Shown: one piece after another, positions 9,336-19,186 of the stretch
Layout of the letters: the number at the start of each line of letters is the position of its first letter
Position numbering within the stretch: the first letter of the stretch is position 1
NCBI GenBank assembly: GCA_963817915.1
Contig: CAWFQL010000016.1
Span: forward strand, 288,001-352,000
Length of the DNA: 64,000 nt
From: an uncultured candidate division Zixibacteria bacterium
Lineage (GTDB): Bacteria; Zixibacteria; MSB-5A5; UBA10806
Reading direction: 5' to 3'
Position numbers and translations under genes: made by a program
Notes under the pieces: model-generated
Told to the model about the DNA's origin: nothing
Seen by the model: the letters and a program-made list of their open reading frames with translations, nothing else
Databases searched by the model: none

Positions 9336-11552
9336 TTGAATCTAGGACAGTTAATATCACTGGTCTATCTGGCCTCAGGCCTGATTCTCTTCATCCTCTC
9401 TTGGATGATTTTGCGCGAGAATCCCAAAAACAGGCTTAACCGCATAGTCTCCATGATGTTGTTTTTCGCGGGATTGGCGCCTTTGGCCACCGCATTATAT
9501 AAATCGATTCTTGAGGGCAATACCGGAATTCCGTCATGGCTTACGAATTCATTTTATCTTTGGGAATTGTTTTTCCCTGCTCTCTTGTATTTTTCGGCGA
9601 TATTCCCCGAACCCCAGCCGATCTATAAGAGCCACAAAAAGCTGCTTCAGCTGGCCTTCACTCCTCACCTGCTTCACCTTTTCCTGGTAATATTCCTTTC
9701 CGATCCAGATAAGGTTCTTGGGCTGCTCAATGCCCAATCGCAAATCCCGATCTTAGGCGAAATTCTCAGATTCCTGATGAATATTTTGAGAATTATTACC
9801 GCTTTCTTCGGTTTCCTAATGTTATTTCACACTCGATTCTTTTCTATCGTAAATCTGATTTATGTGGTAGCCACGATATATCTATTGCTCTTGGGATATA
9901 AGAAAATAGAAAACCCGCGTCTTAGACAGCAGGTAAAAGTGATACTTATAGGTATTTTGATGGCCATCGGGCTTTATACGCTTGGATTTATTATACCCAA
10001 TATCATATCCATTTCGCTTCCGCCGGGATGGCGCGACGCCATGGTGGTGGCGAGCTTAATCGTCGGGCCTGGATCGATCGCCTGGGCAATAGTGCGTTAT
10101 CAATTTATGGATATCGGACTTATCGCGCGCAGATCACTCGTATATTCCATAGCAACAGCTGTAGTAGTCGGCGGCTATTTATTGATAGTCTTTCAATTGA
10201 ATTCGGTGGTTAAGGCCGTTCTGGGTCAGGAATCGCTGATATTGAATATTTTAATAATAATTATAATGCTTTTATTCTTCCAGCCAATTTACACACAGGT
10301 TGATGATTTCGTGAGACGAATATTTATCCGGATGAAGGGGGATTACAGCAGCCTGGTCGAATCCTTCTCGCGCCAGATATTGACTATTTTTCAAAAAGAC
10401 AAGTTGGTGAATGTAATTTCGCATATATTCGAAAAAGAGATGTTCATAGAAAATATCGAAGTGGCATTCCCGGAAGGCGATAAATATTTCAAAGTGATTT
10501 CTCGTATCAGGCCCGAATCGAGATTCGAAATTGAGGCCGGAATCTCAGATTATCTGCTCTCCAAACAGGCGCCTTGCTTTACGGAAGAATTTTCTTCGCG
10601 CTCGCAAACCAATTACCTCGGCAAGGAGATTGTATCCCGAGGGTTCCAGGTCGTCGTGCCTTTGGTTCGTCAGGAAAAATTATCCGGATTACTACTTTTA
10701 TCGTCGAAGGTCGCGGGATTCCGTTACAGCTCCGAGGATATCACGTTCCTGAGCACTATGGCCAACCAGATCGTTGTCGCGATGGAGAATGCGGAGCTAT
10801 ACACCGAGGCTATTGAAAAACAAAGGCTCGAAGAGGAATTATCAGTAGCCAAACAGATTCAAATTGGTCTGTTGCCGCGTTCTCTGCCGGAGATGAAGAA
10901 TTTCAAGTTCGCGGCTTTTATTGAGCCGTCGAGACAAGTAGGCGGTGATTTTTATGATTTTATTCCGATATCCGACGGCCGTTTTGGAGTGGTGATTGCC
11001 GACGCGTCCGGGAAAGGCGTTCCGGCCGCACTACTTATCGCTCGAATGCAGGCAGTACTCCAGAGCGAAGCGAAAACAGGCAAAGACCTAAGCCAGATAA
11101 TCACGTCTGTAAACCGATTCATCTTCGAATCGACCTCCGCGGATCGTTTCGCGACCGCATTCTATTGTGAGATCGACGATAAAAATAGAAAATTATATTA
11201 TTGCAACGCTGGCCATAATTATCCAATTTTGGTTCACAAAGACGGAACGATTGAGACTCTCGAAAAAGGCGGATTACTTCTAGGAGTATTTAACGATTCC
11301 AAATACGAAATGGCCCAGGCCGATATGGCGCCCGGCGATCTGCTCCTTCTCTATACCGATGGCATCAACGAAGCCAAGGATAAGGATGACAAAGAATTCG
11401 GCGAGCATCGCCTGATCCAGGTGGTTAAGGAATTCAGGAGTCATCCATCAGAAATTATCTGCTCAAATATTGTTAAGAACGTAAAACAATATGCCGCCGG
11501 GATCGAGGACATGGACGATATGACCCTGGTCGTGATTAAATCTCTGGAGTAG
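9336..11552 (+). CDS. rsbU: Membrane-bound GAF + PP2C/SpoIIE phosphatase (RsbU-like)
   Basis: Multi-TM N-terminus, GAF region, VGGDFYD, ADASGKG, YTDG, DDMTL. Confidence 0.88.
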   Translation: MNLGQLISLVYLASGLILFILSWMILRENPKNRLNRIVSMMLFFAGLAPLATALYKSILEGNTGIPSWLTNSFYLWELFFPALLYFSAIFPEPQPIYKSHKKLLQLAFTPHLLHLFLVIFLSDPDKVLGLLNAQSQIPILGEILRFLMNILRIITAFFGFLMLFHTRFFSIVNLIYVVATIYLLLLGYKKIENPRLRQQVKVILIGILMAIGLYTLGFIIPNIISISLPPGWRDAMVVASLIVGPGSIAWAIVRYQFMDIGLIARRSLVYSIATAVVVGGYLLIVFQLNSVVKAVLGQESLILNILIIIIMLLFFQPIYTQVDDFVRRIFIRMKGDYSSLVESFSRQILTIFQKDKLVNVISHIFEKEMFIENIEVAFPEGDKYFKVISRIRPESRFEIEAGISDYLLSKQAPCFTEEFSSRSQTNYLGKEIVSRGFQVVVPLVRQEKLSGLLLLSSKVAGFRYSSEDITFLSTMANQIVVAMENAELYTEAIEKQRLEEELSVAKQIQIGLLPRSLPEMKNFKFAAFIEPSRQVGGDFYDFIPISDGRFGVVIADASGKGVPAALLIARMQAVLQSEAKTGKDLSQIITSVNRFIFESTSADRFATAFYCEIDDKNRKLYYCNAGHNYPILVHKDGTIETLEKGGLLLGVFNDSKYEMAQADMAPGDLLLLYTDGINEAKDKDDKEFGEHRLIQVVKEFRSHPSEIICSNIVKNVKQYAAGIEDMDDMTLVVIKSLE

Positions 11553-11558
11553 AATCCC

Positions 11559-11690
11559 GTGGCTGAAGGCGGTGACGATAGTCAAAAATCGGCTGTGTTC
11601 TGCGATATATGCGGCACGGAGATGATAGATAGAAATTGTAAACTTGTTTGCCCAAAATGCGGATTTACCCGCGACTGCACCGATCCCTGA
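11559..11690 (+). CDS. 43-aa CxxC/CPxCG zinc-finger microprotein (not in ORF track)
   Basis: GTG start after GGAG; MAEGGDDSQKSAVFCDICGTEMIDRNCKLVCPKCGFTRDCTDP; fills the intergenic gap and its stop overlaps the next RBS. Confidence 0.78.
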   Translation: MAEGGDDSQKSAVFCDICGTEMIDRNCKLVCPKCGFTRDCTDP

Positions 11691-11699
11691 GGAGGATTT

Positions 11700-12047
11700 A
11701 TGAGGGAATTGACGCCGGATATTATCAAAAAATTAACCGATGAACAAATCGAGCTGCTCGTTGAATTGGGCGATCTGGCAAAAAAAGAGGCCGACTTGAC
11801 CGAGAAAATCGAGGAAATTCGAAAATTGGAGGAAAAAGTTGGATTGGGGCGGGAAAGCCGCCAGAATCGAGCACTCCATGAAGATAAAGAATATGATGAT
11901 CTCTTATCAATAAAATCTGTCAGAGAAAGAGAAATGGTTAGAGATAAAATATCTGAATTGCTGAATAATCTTGTGAAAATTGGCCTTGGTGATTTGGGTC
12001 TGGTTCAAAGACAGGCTGTAAATTACGGAGTGAATCTGAAGCGTTAG
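11700..12047 (+). CDS. Hypothetical coiled-coil protein
   Basis: GGAGG RBS; charged helical sequence. Confidence 0.7.
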   Translation: MRELTPDIIKKLTDEQIELLVELGDLAKKEADLTEKIEEIRKLEEKVGLGRESRQNRALHEDKEYDDLLSIKSVREREMVRDKISELLNNLVKIGLGDLGLVQRQAVNYGVNLKR

Positions 12048-12080
12048 GAATAATTTTTCGCTATCGGCTGTAATTAAGAT

Positions 12081-14156
12081 ATGAAATACCTTAAAGCTGC
12101 TTTGGCAATCTCAATTGTCTTGTTTATTACTATTCTATTTAGCTGCACCAGGCAGGCTGTAGTTACGGACAAATCGGAAATTGATTCATATTACGCAAAA
12201 GCGAACGCATTCTTTGAGCAGAAGCAGATCGATTCTACCGAATATTATCTCAATAAATGCTTGGCAATAAATCGTCAATATGCCCCGGCAAATTACCTTA
12301 TGGGAAAAGTCTATCTCTATAAAGACGGCATTATTAATCGACGATTGTCCTCGCAATCCTTAAGAGAAGCGATCATAGTCGACAATGAAAACGCGTTATA
12401 TCATTACAGCCTGGGTATCACATACGAAAAACAGGGATTTTACGAAAATGCGCTCGCCGAATTTCAGAAGGCGGTAAAATTCGATTCTACCGATTCAAAA
12501 TCATACGGAAAAATTGCCGAGATTTGCAATCGATTCGGGCTTCGTTACGATGATACCAAATTTTTTGAGCGATCTCTGGTAGCCGCTCAGAAGGCCGCGA
12601 TTTTTTCCAATGATCCCACTCAATATTATCAGCAGGCTGTTGTCCTATATGAAATGGGAAAATTCGATTCATCGGCGATAGCTGCCTTAGAGTGCATAAA
12701 TAAGGGCGCCGATTCGGCATTTACGGCAAATTCATACATGCTTATAGGCACCGATTTAGTACGAGAGAACAAATTCGATTCGGCTAATGTAGCATTTGAA
12801 AAAGGGCGAAGCTTCTTAAGCCAGATCGCCAGAGATGAAATAGACGATGTGCGCTACCTGATGCCGCCAGCGGAATATTTAAAATTGAATGAGCAGAGTT
12901 TCTTTCGCCAGCAAATCATGATCAAACAATTTTGGGGCCAGCTCGACCCCGATCCAACCAGCGAGATTAATGAGAGAAAGTTAGAACATTACTCGAGATT
13001 TGTTCATTCCCAGCTCAATTTTTCAGTTCCCAATAAAGGAATCGATGGTTGGAAGACTAAGCGGGGCGAGATGTATATCCGTTACGGCCCACCGACAACA
13101 CAATCTTATTCGCTTTCATCCGATGGTGACAATGCCACTTCTCCAAAATGGATATGGGTTTATAAAAATCAATTCGACCAGCCGGCTACTTTTATTTTTG
13201 AGGATACTTTTCTCAATGGCAATTTTGACTTCCCCTATCCGAATAAGAATTGGACTTTCGATGATTATGACAAAGACCCTGCCCGAATCGCAATCGCCTT
13301 AAGTGGCGCGACACCGCAGGTATTTGATTATCAACCGGGATCTGGGCTCCTGGGCTATGATTACTACCCAAGACAATTTAAGGGTTCTCATGGTGAAACG
13401 GATTTGGAAGTGTTTGTTGCCATTCCGTATAAAAACCTAAAATTCCAGAGGGAAGGCGAGAGCGCCTATTCATATATTCATTGGCGCCAGGCTTTAAGAT
13501 ATCTCAATTATAATTTATCGGATACGGCATCTACAAGAAAGGCCTACAAAATCAGAGCCTCGCAAATTAATAACGCCTCACTCTCGGTCGCTGATAGATT
13601 AATGATCTCCGCAATGCCGGATTCACTTCAGTTTGCCATCTCCATAAAAGATACCGTATCGAATTTTATTGGCATTTCGAATACAGAGATGCGACTGAGA
13701 AATTTCTATACCGGAAAAGCAGAGATATCTGATATAGTTCTGGCCCGGAGAATCGATAAACCGATAGAATTGCAGCAATATCGCCGCAAGGACTTGAATA
13801 TCGTATCCAATCTCGATAACCGTTACTTTGCCGGCGAGCCGATCTGGCTATATTTCGAAATTTACAATCTGGCGAAAGATTCGCTTGGCAAAACCTCATA
13901 TACTATCAATCAGATTATTTCGGAAAGAAAGGTCGGGGGCATTTTGACATCGATTAAAAATGCCATGTCAGGAAAGGAGTTAAAGGAAATCTCGACATCC
14001 TACAACGGCTCCAGCATTTATTCCGATGAAAACAGGATCCTTTCAATCGACGTTTCCGATTTCGAAACCGGAAATTATATTATCAAAATAGAAATCAACG
14101 ACTTAATTTCCGGTAATAACGCTACCGCTTCTGAGGAAATCATAATTTACAGGTAA
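12081..14156 (+). CDS. TPR + GWxTD-domain lipoprotein
   Basis: Lipobox LFS-C, TPR repeats, FWGQLDPDPTSEINE...GWKTKRGEMYIRYGPP. Confidence 0.85.
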   Translation: MKYLKAALAISIVLFITILFSCTRQAVVTDKSEIDSYYAKANAFFEQKQIDSTEYYLNKCLAINRQYAPANYLMGKVYLYKDGIINRRLSSQSLREAIIVDNENALYHYSLGITYEKQGFYENALAEFQKAVKFDSTDSKSYGKIAEICNRFGLRYDDTKFFERSLVAAQKAAIFSNDPTQYYQQAVVLYEMGKFDSSAIAALECINKGADSAFTANSYMLIGTDLVRENKFDSANVAFEKGRSFLSQIARDEIDDVRYLMPPAEYLKLNEQSFFRQQIMIKQFWGQLDPDPTSEINERKLEHYSRFVHSQLNFSVPNKGIDGWKTKRGEMYIRYGPPTTQSYSLSSDGDNATSPKWIWVYKNQFDQPATFIFEDTFLNGNFDFPYPNKNWTFDDYDKDPARIAIALSGATPQVFDYQPGSGLLGYDYYPRQFKGSHGETDLEVFVAIPYKNLKFQREGESAYSYIHWRQALRYLNYNLSDTASTRKAYKIRASQINNASLSVADRLMISAMPDSLQFAISIKDTVSNFIGISNTEMRLRNFYTGKAEISDIVLARRIDKPIELQQYRRKDLNIVSNLDNRYFAGEPIWLYFEIYNLAKDSLGKTSYTINQIISERKVGGILTSIKNAMSGKELKEISTSYNGSSIYSDENRILSIDVSDFETGNYIIKIEINDLISGNNATASEEIIIYR

Positions 14157-14212
14157 GATTGGGACGGGCTAAATCCTTGACAATGAACTCGAGCCTGCAT
14201 AATATCGCATTG

Positions 14213-15769
14213 ATGAGCCATAAATTCATTTTAAAGATAATATTAATATCCGCCGTTATCACGATTCTGGCGAATTTGTCATTCGGCCAGATGATTTATC
14301 TCCCTGCCAATGATATTTTAATGAATGATCTCGAATATCTTCAAGCCAGAGGGTATCTGGCAGATTTAAAAACGACAGAAAAACCCTGGCTTCTTTCGAC
14401 AGTTATTGAATCGCTCCAAAGCGATAGCTCGAACTACGACGAACTCAGCAAGCAAATCGCCAAACGAGCGCTGCACCGTCTCGCGCCTCCTCAGCAGGAC
14501 ACCGAACGGCAACTTTCGGCGGATTTCAATTTTGGTATTCAGCTTCGTTCGCTTTCCCGTGAATTCAATAAAGGATACTTTTATGAACAGAATAGATTTT
14601 TAGCCATTACCCCCCGCCATGAATTCGGGTCGATATACCAGGGAGGCTTCTGGTTTTCCAAGAATAATAGCTATGGAATCGATTCAAAATTGATATTCGA
14701 TTCGGACGGTATTTTATTCCCGCAATATTATGGTACAGCCCACGCCGCCAAGATTACAGGGCAGTTTGATCATGCCTATATGACATTTCGCGCCGGTCGA
14801 TTCGACCTCTTTTTCGGACGGCAACGAATACAATGGGGGCCATCGCCCCGCGGCGGATTGCTGATTGATAAAAATATCCCGCCCATGGATATGATAAAGC
14901 TCGATTTCAATTTAAAACCGTTTACGCTTTCAATGTTTTCATCGAAATTGGAGGATTATTGGAATCCGTCCAACTGGCAATACGAAAACAGATATTTGTC
15001 CGGACATAGGCTCAGGATTAATCCGGGTAAAGGATGGGAAATTGCCGCCAGCGAGGTTTATCTTTACGGCGGCCTCAATAGAATGCCTGAAATTTATTAC
15101 AATATTCCAGTGGTATTGTACTACTGGGAGGCGCAAAACCGCGGCCTTGATGACAACGCCTTCTGGTCATTAGATATCTCATGGATAAAGAAAAATCTCG
15201 GACGGTTTTATGGCCAGTTCGTCATAGATGATTTTCAACGCAAGAACCGCGGACCCCAGAAGTTCGCGTACCAATTTGGCGCCAATTTAGCGCCAAAGCA
15301 ATTCCCCGGATGGTCGGCCCTGCTTGAGTATAATATTGTCGATACCTATGTTTTTGGCCACAGAGATCCAATCAATGTCTATATGAACTGGGGCAAAACC
15401 ATAGGAAGGTTGGACTCAGATCAGAACGAGTATTTCGCGGCCATCTATAAAAATCTTTATATTCCCTTGAGGCTCGGCGTTGAATTCGTAGGCCGCAAAA
15501 AGGGGATGTATGACGCTGTTGATCATCAACCTTCCGACGCCTTCCCATGGATGCCATTCCCAATGGGCGTCGCTGAATATGCAAATGATATCAGTCTGGT
15601 TAGCGAATTCCACGGCGAATGCAAATTCGACGCCTCCGCAAATATCGGATATCAATTTATCAAGAATTATATGCATCAAGACGGGCGGAAATATAATCAG
15701 CTCGTGGCTAATATTAAGATCGGTTACAGATTTGATACAGGATTGCCTTTTTGGACAAAATATCGTTAA
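14213..15769 (+). CDS. Capsule assembly Wzi-family outer-membrane protein
   Basis: FGRQRIQWGPSPRGGLLI, YLSGHRL, YGQFVIDD; start placed at the signal-peptide Met. Confidence 0.72.
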   Translation: MSHKFILKIILISAVITILANLSFGQMIYLPANDILMNDLEYLQARGYLADLKTTEKPWLLSTVIESLQSDSSNYDELSKQIAKRALHRLAPPQQDTERQLSADFNFGIQLRSLSREFNKGYFYEQNRFLAITPRHEFGSIYQGGFWFSKNNSYGIDSKLIFDSDGILFPQYYGTAHAAKITGQFDHAYMTFRAGRFDLFFGRQRIQWGPSPRGGLLIDKNIPPMDMIKLDFNLKPFTLSMFSSKLEDYWNPSNWQYENRYLSGHRLRINPGKGWEIAASEVYLYGGLNRMPEIYYNIPVVLYYWEAQNRGLDDNAFWSLDISWIKKNLGRFYGQFVIDDFQRKNRGPQKFAYQFGANLAPKQFPGWSALLEYNIVDTYVFGHRDPINVYMNWGKTIGRLDSDQNEYFAAIYKNLYIPLRLGVEFVGRKKGMYDAVDHQPSDAFPWMPFPMGVAEYANDISLVSEFHGECKFDASANIGYQFIKNYMHQDGRKYNQLVANIKIGYRFDTGLPFWTKYR

Positions 15770-16611
15770 AAGCCCCAGCTAAAATTAACCTATATCTCGA
15801 TGTCCTTAAGAAGCGGGACGATGGCTATCATGAGATCGAAAGCCTGATGCAGGCTATCGATATTTGCGATGAAATCACTCTCGAAAAATCGGATAGGATA
15901 AGTCTGCTCTGCGATGATCCCAAACTTCCATCAGACGAGAATAATATCGCGTTTAAGGCAGCGATCAGGATGAAAGAGCATTACAATTTCCCCGGCATCA
16001 GTATAAACCTGAAAAAATCTATCCCTTACGGCGCCGGTCTTGGCGGCGGATCATCTGATGCCGCTTCTGTAATTCGCGGCTTTTGCGCGCTTTATTCGTT
16101 AAATCCGCGTCGCGATGAATTGATCGAACTCGCGGCTTCGATAGGATCGGATGTCCCATTCTTTCTCACGGGCGGTCAGGCCATTGCGACGGGCAGAGGA
16201 GAAAAGCTCAGAGCAATCTCGCTGCCACTTAATTATCAGATACTTGTCATATCCCCCCGCAAGGTCTTATCTACTGCCGAAGTCTATAAAAAAATACGAA
16301 TTAGCTTGACACAGAGAAATCACTCTATTTTATTATTATCAAACATAGATGAATCCACCTTTATTAGGGCGTTGGGATCGTTTAAAAACGACTTGGAAGA
16401 TGTTGCGGTAGAAATGGCCCCTGAATTAGGCATGATAAAAAAGACGCTGAGCATGAGCGGAGCCGATTTTCATTCGATGAGTGGCTCGGGGTCGTCATTT
16501 TACGCGCTATATTTTAACCCCAATAAGATTGTGGATGAATTAGAAGGCCTGAAAAGCCTTGGGCATAGAGTTTACTTCACCAGACCGATAACTTTGCCGC
16601 CTTTGATTTGA
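15751..16611 (+). CDS. ispE: 4-diphosphocytidyl-2-C-methyl-D-erythritol kinase
   Basis: APAKINLYL, PYGAGLGGGSSDAA, GSDVPFF, MSGSGS. Confidence 0.95.
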   Translation: MDKISLKAPAKINLYLDVLKKRDDGYHEIESLMQAIDICDEITLEKSDRISLLCDDPKLPSDENNIAFKAAIRMKEHYNFPGISINLKKSIPYGAGLGGGSSDAASVIRGFCALYSLNPRRDELIELAASIGSDVPFFLTGGQAIATGRGEKLRAISLPLNYQILVISPRKVLSTAEVYKKIRISLTQRNHSILLLSNIDESTFIRALGSFKNDLEDVAVEMAPELGMIKKTLSMSGADFHSMSGSGSSFYALYFNPNKIVDELEGLKSLGHRVYFTRPITLPPLI

Positions 16612-16712
16612 GTACGAGTCGGGTCTTAATGCCTCTTGGCATTAAGTTGGGTGAATTTTGCATATATAAATGGGTTGTTTCGTCTCTTGGGATTGCGACA
16701 AGGGGAGGTATC

Positions 16713-16982
16713 GTGGAGATCACGGAGATCAGATTTAACATGCGAAACGAGGCGAAGTTGAAGGCTTTTGCCAATGTCACATTTGACAATTCCTTTGTGG
16801 TTCGAGGCTTAAAGATCATCAGCGGGAATCGCGGCTATTTTGTGAGCATGCCCTCAAAAAAACGGCCCGATGGTACTTACCAGGACATTGCTCATCCGGT
16901 GAATACCGAGATGCGGCGTCACCTGGAACAAAAGATATTGGAGGCCTACGAAAGAGAGGTGCAGCAAAAGGTCAGCGCTTAG
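16713..16982 (+). CDS. spoVG: Septation regulator SpoVG
   Basis: GGAGG-GTG start; EITEIR..LKAFANVTFD..FVSMPS..DIAHPVN. Confidence 0.93.
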   Translation: MEITEIRFNMRNEAKLKAFANVTFDNSFVVRGLKIISGNRGYFVSMPSKKRPDGTYQDIAHPVNTEMRRHLEQKILEAYEREVQQKVSA

Positions 16983-17117
16983 CCGTTCAGGTACAAGACA
17001 ATAAGGCTTTCATGCGAAAGGATTCGCTGCGAAATCTTAGAATATTGATCCTTAATGCTGAATGTTGATAATTTGCCATCTAATTCTCCGAAAGATTAAA
17101 GGAATTTGACCGGAAAT

Positions 17118-17148
17118 AAGGGCCTTTTTTTGAAGCCCTTATTTTTTT
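17118..17148 (+). terminator. Intrinsic terminator after spoVG
   Basis: TAAGGGC...GCCCTTA followed by a T-tract. Confidence 0.6.
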
Positions 17149-17382
17149 ATCAAAAATCAGGATATCGAGCTTTTTTGAAACTAAATCCAAACCTAATCTG
17201 TTGGACATACAGGGGCGATGGCATTCCACGATTTCGGAATTGCTTGATTTTGAGGAATGTCATGCTTTGCGGACATGGTACTGGTCATTATTCGGGTTAA
17301 TGATTTCATTTGATATGGCCGTACCTATTTATTATATTGGTAATGAGTTGAGTAAATTTGATGCGACTTTAAGGAGAAATGA

Positions 17383-18003
17383 ATGCGAAAAATTGCTCTT
17401 ATTATTATCGTCTTAGTTATGGCGACTGCATCGTTATCTAATGCGCAATATTCCGGCGCCTTAGTAGGATCATTGGGAATCGGCGTTACTTCCGCGCAAG
17501 GTGAATTTTCTGATCTCAATTTCTTTGCCGCTGGATCGGGATTTGGCGCGGGTGTTGAATTGAAGTATTACTTATTGACCGGATTTGGTATTGGAGGATT
17601 TGTAAATTATGATCGATTCGGTTCTGCTTATTCGTCCTCGGCCGGAAGAAGATCGTACAATTTTACTCAATTTGGCGGATTGGCCAAAATGAATCTTTTC
17701 GATGTTCGTTCAGGTAGGTTATTTATCGCTGGCGGCGGCGGCATGTTTACGCCGACTGTCCATTTTTATATTCCCGATAAATCATATGATAAAGTCGGCA
17801 AGAGCGGCGCGTTCGCATTCGGCGGAATTGGCCTCTCCAGTGACCCCGAGGCGTCAACTGTATACGAATTTGAAGTTCGTTATAGTCTCGGGACATCCAC
17901 TTTTACTCTGGACAAGAAAACCAATAAGGCCTGGGATTTCATTTATATTGGCTCAAAGATATCATTCTCCTCCAAGGCAAAGGCAGCCCCGCCGAGATAT
18001 TAA
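17383..18003 (+). CDS. Outer-membrane beta-barrel protein
   Basis: Signal peptide and about 8 amphipathic Gly/aromatic strands; AAGGAG RBS. Confidence 0.7.
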   Translation: MRKIALIIIVLVMATASLSNAQYSGALVGSLGIGVTSAQGEFSDLNFFAAGSGFGAGVELKYYLLTGFGIGGFVNYDRFGSAYSSSAGRRSYNFTQFGGLAKMNLFDVRSGRLFIAGGGGMFTPTVHFYIPDKSYDKVGKSGAFAFGGIGLSSDPEASTVYEFEVRYSLGTSTFTLDKKTNKAWDFIYIGSKISFSSKAKAAPPRY

Positions 18004-18041
18004 TATTGGTTTTTAGCAGAATTCAATCTGTGCAAAATAAT

Positions 18042-18068
18042 AAGGCGTCCAATCGGGCGCCTTTTTTT
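18042..18068 (+). terminator. Intrinsic terminator between convergent genes
   Basis: AAGGCGTCC-AATC-GGGCGCCTT followed by a T-tract. Confidence 0.65.
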
Positions 18069-18105
18069 ATCTGTTCTTCAATCGACTCGGGAGTTAGAAA
18101 ATCAT

Positions 18106-19048
18106 TTATAGTGCTTTCTTCTTCGCCTTCCTATCTATCGCGAATGTCAAAAAGAATGGCACGAGCTCCGAAATGCTCAACATTACTCTATACCCCAGGG
18201 CCATCGCTGTCGGAATTGGCGCGGGGAATGTCGACGCCAGAAAGATAACTGTCATGCCTTCGCGCACCCCTAATCCGCCCGGCGCGAATAACGCGAAAAA
18301 ACCGATTATTGTCGCGGCAACTACCACTGCAGTCATTTTTAAATAGCTTTCTACTCCCGATGGGAAATATGGCATTGGCGAAAAGCCAGAAGCTCAGCCC
18401 AAATACCATCCAGCTTAGCAAAAAAAGGAAGAATATTTCGAATGATCTTCTGATCGGGATAGAAATCTTAACCTCTTTTCTCTTGAAAAGTCTCAACAAC
18501 AGATTCATTGGTAGCTCAAAAAGGCTCGGCTTGACTACCATGGCTATCATCACCAAAATGATTGGTATCGATGTCCACCGCAGATATTTTAGTATCTCAC
18601 CCGAAAATTCGACAATGTTGAATATTAGTACAATCGCCAGAAAAAAAATGCCCGCAATCAGCGAGTAGATCTGGCCACCAACAAATGCCGTAATCGAGAT
18701 TCCTTCCGGCACTCCCTTCTGACTCGCCAGATATGTTGAGCCTGCGATTTGCCAGAATTTGCCGGGCAGGTATTTGCCGAGCATCGATTTAAAATAAATA
18801 GAGAATACATCCTTATATGGAAGCGGGCAATTAAGGCCGGCAAATACCCTCCCCATATTCCAGGATGTCAATGACCAGGCTACCAACGCGGCCAACAAGG
18901 ATAATATGGCATATCCATAGCTGAATTTAATATTTAATGATTGTAGTTTTTCGGTATTACCCAGAAGATTTTTGATTAAAAAATAAAATATGCCGCCGAC
19001 TATGACGATTTTTGCCAGAAGTATTAAATATTTCAGGTACTTTTTCAA
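18106..19048 (-). pseudogene. Lysylphosphatidylglycerol-synthase TM / flippase-like (UPF0104) protein, frameshifted at ~18357
   Basis: KYLPGKFW in the upstream frame and APGGLGVREG in the downstream frame; removing one G from ATCGGGAGT joins them. Confidence 0.8.
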
Positions 19049-19186
19049 AATTGCGCCCTTAATTCTAATAGATGACGATACATGCAGTGCCTACAATATC
19101 TCTAATTGATTTTATTGTCAAGAAGGGAAAAGAGAGCATTTGGGCATATCAGCGGCAAAGAAAGCCGATGATTTCATCACGTAATT

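Noticed and set aside
16608..16712. N-terminal extension of SpoVG, or a tRNA-Gln after ispE
   Set aside because: A strong RBS precedes GTG 16713, and no cloverleaf is visible in the gap.
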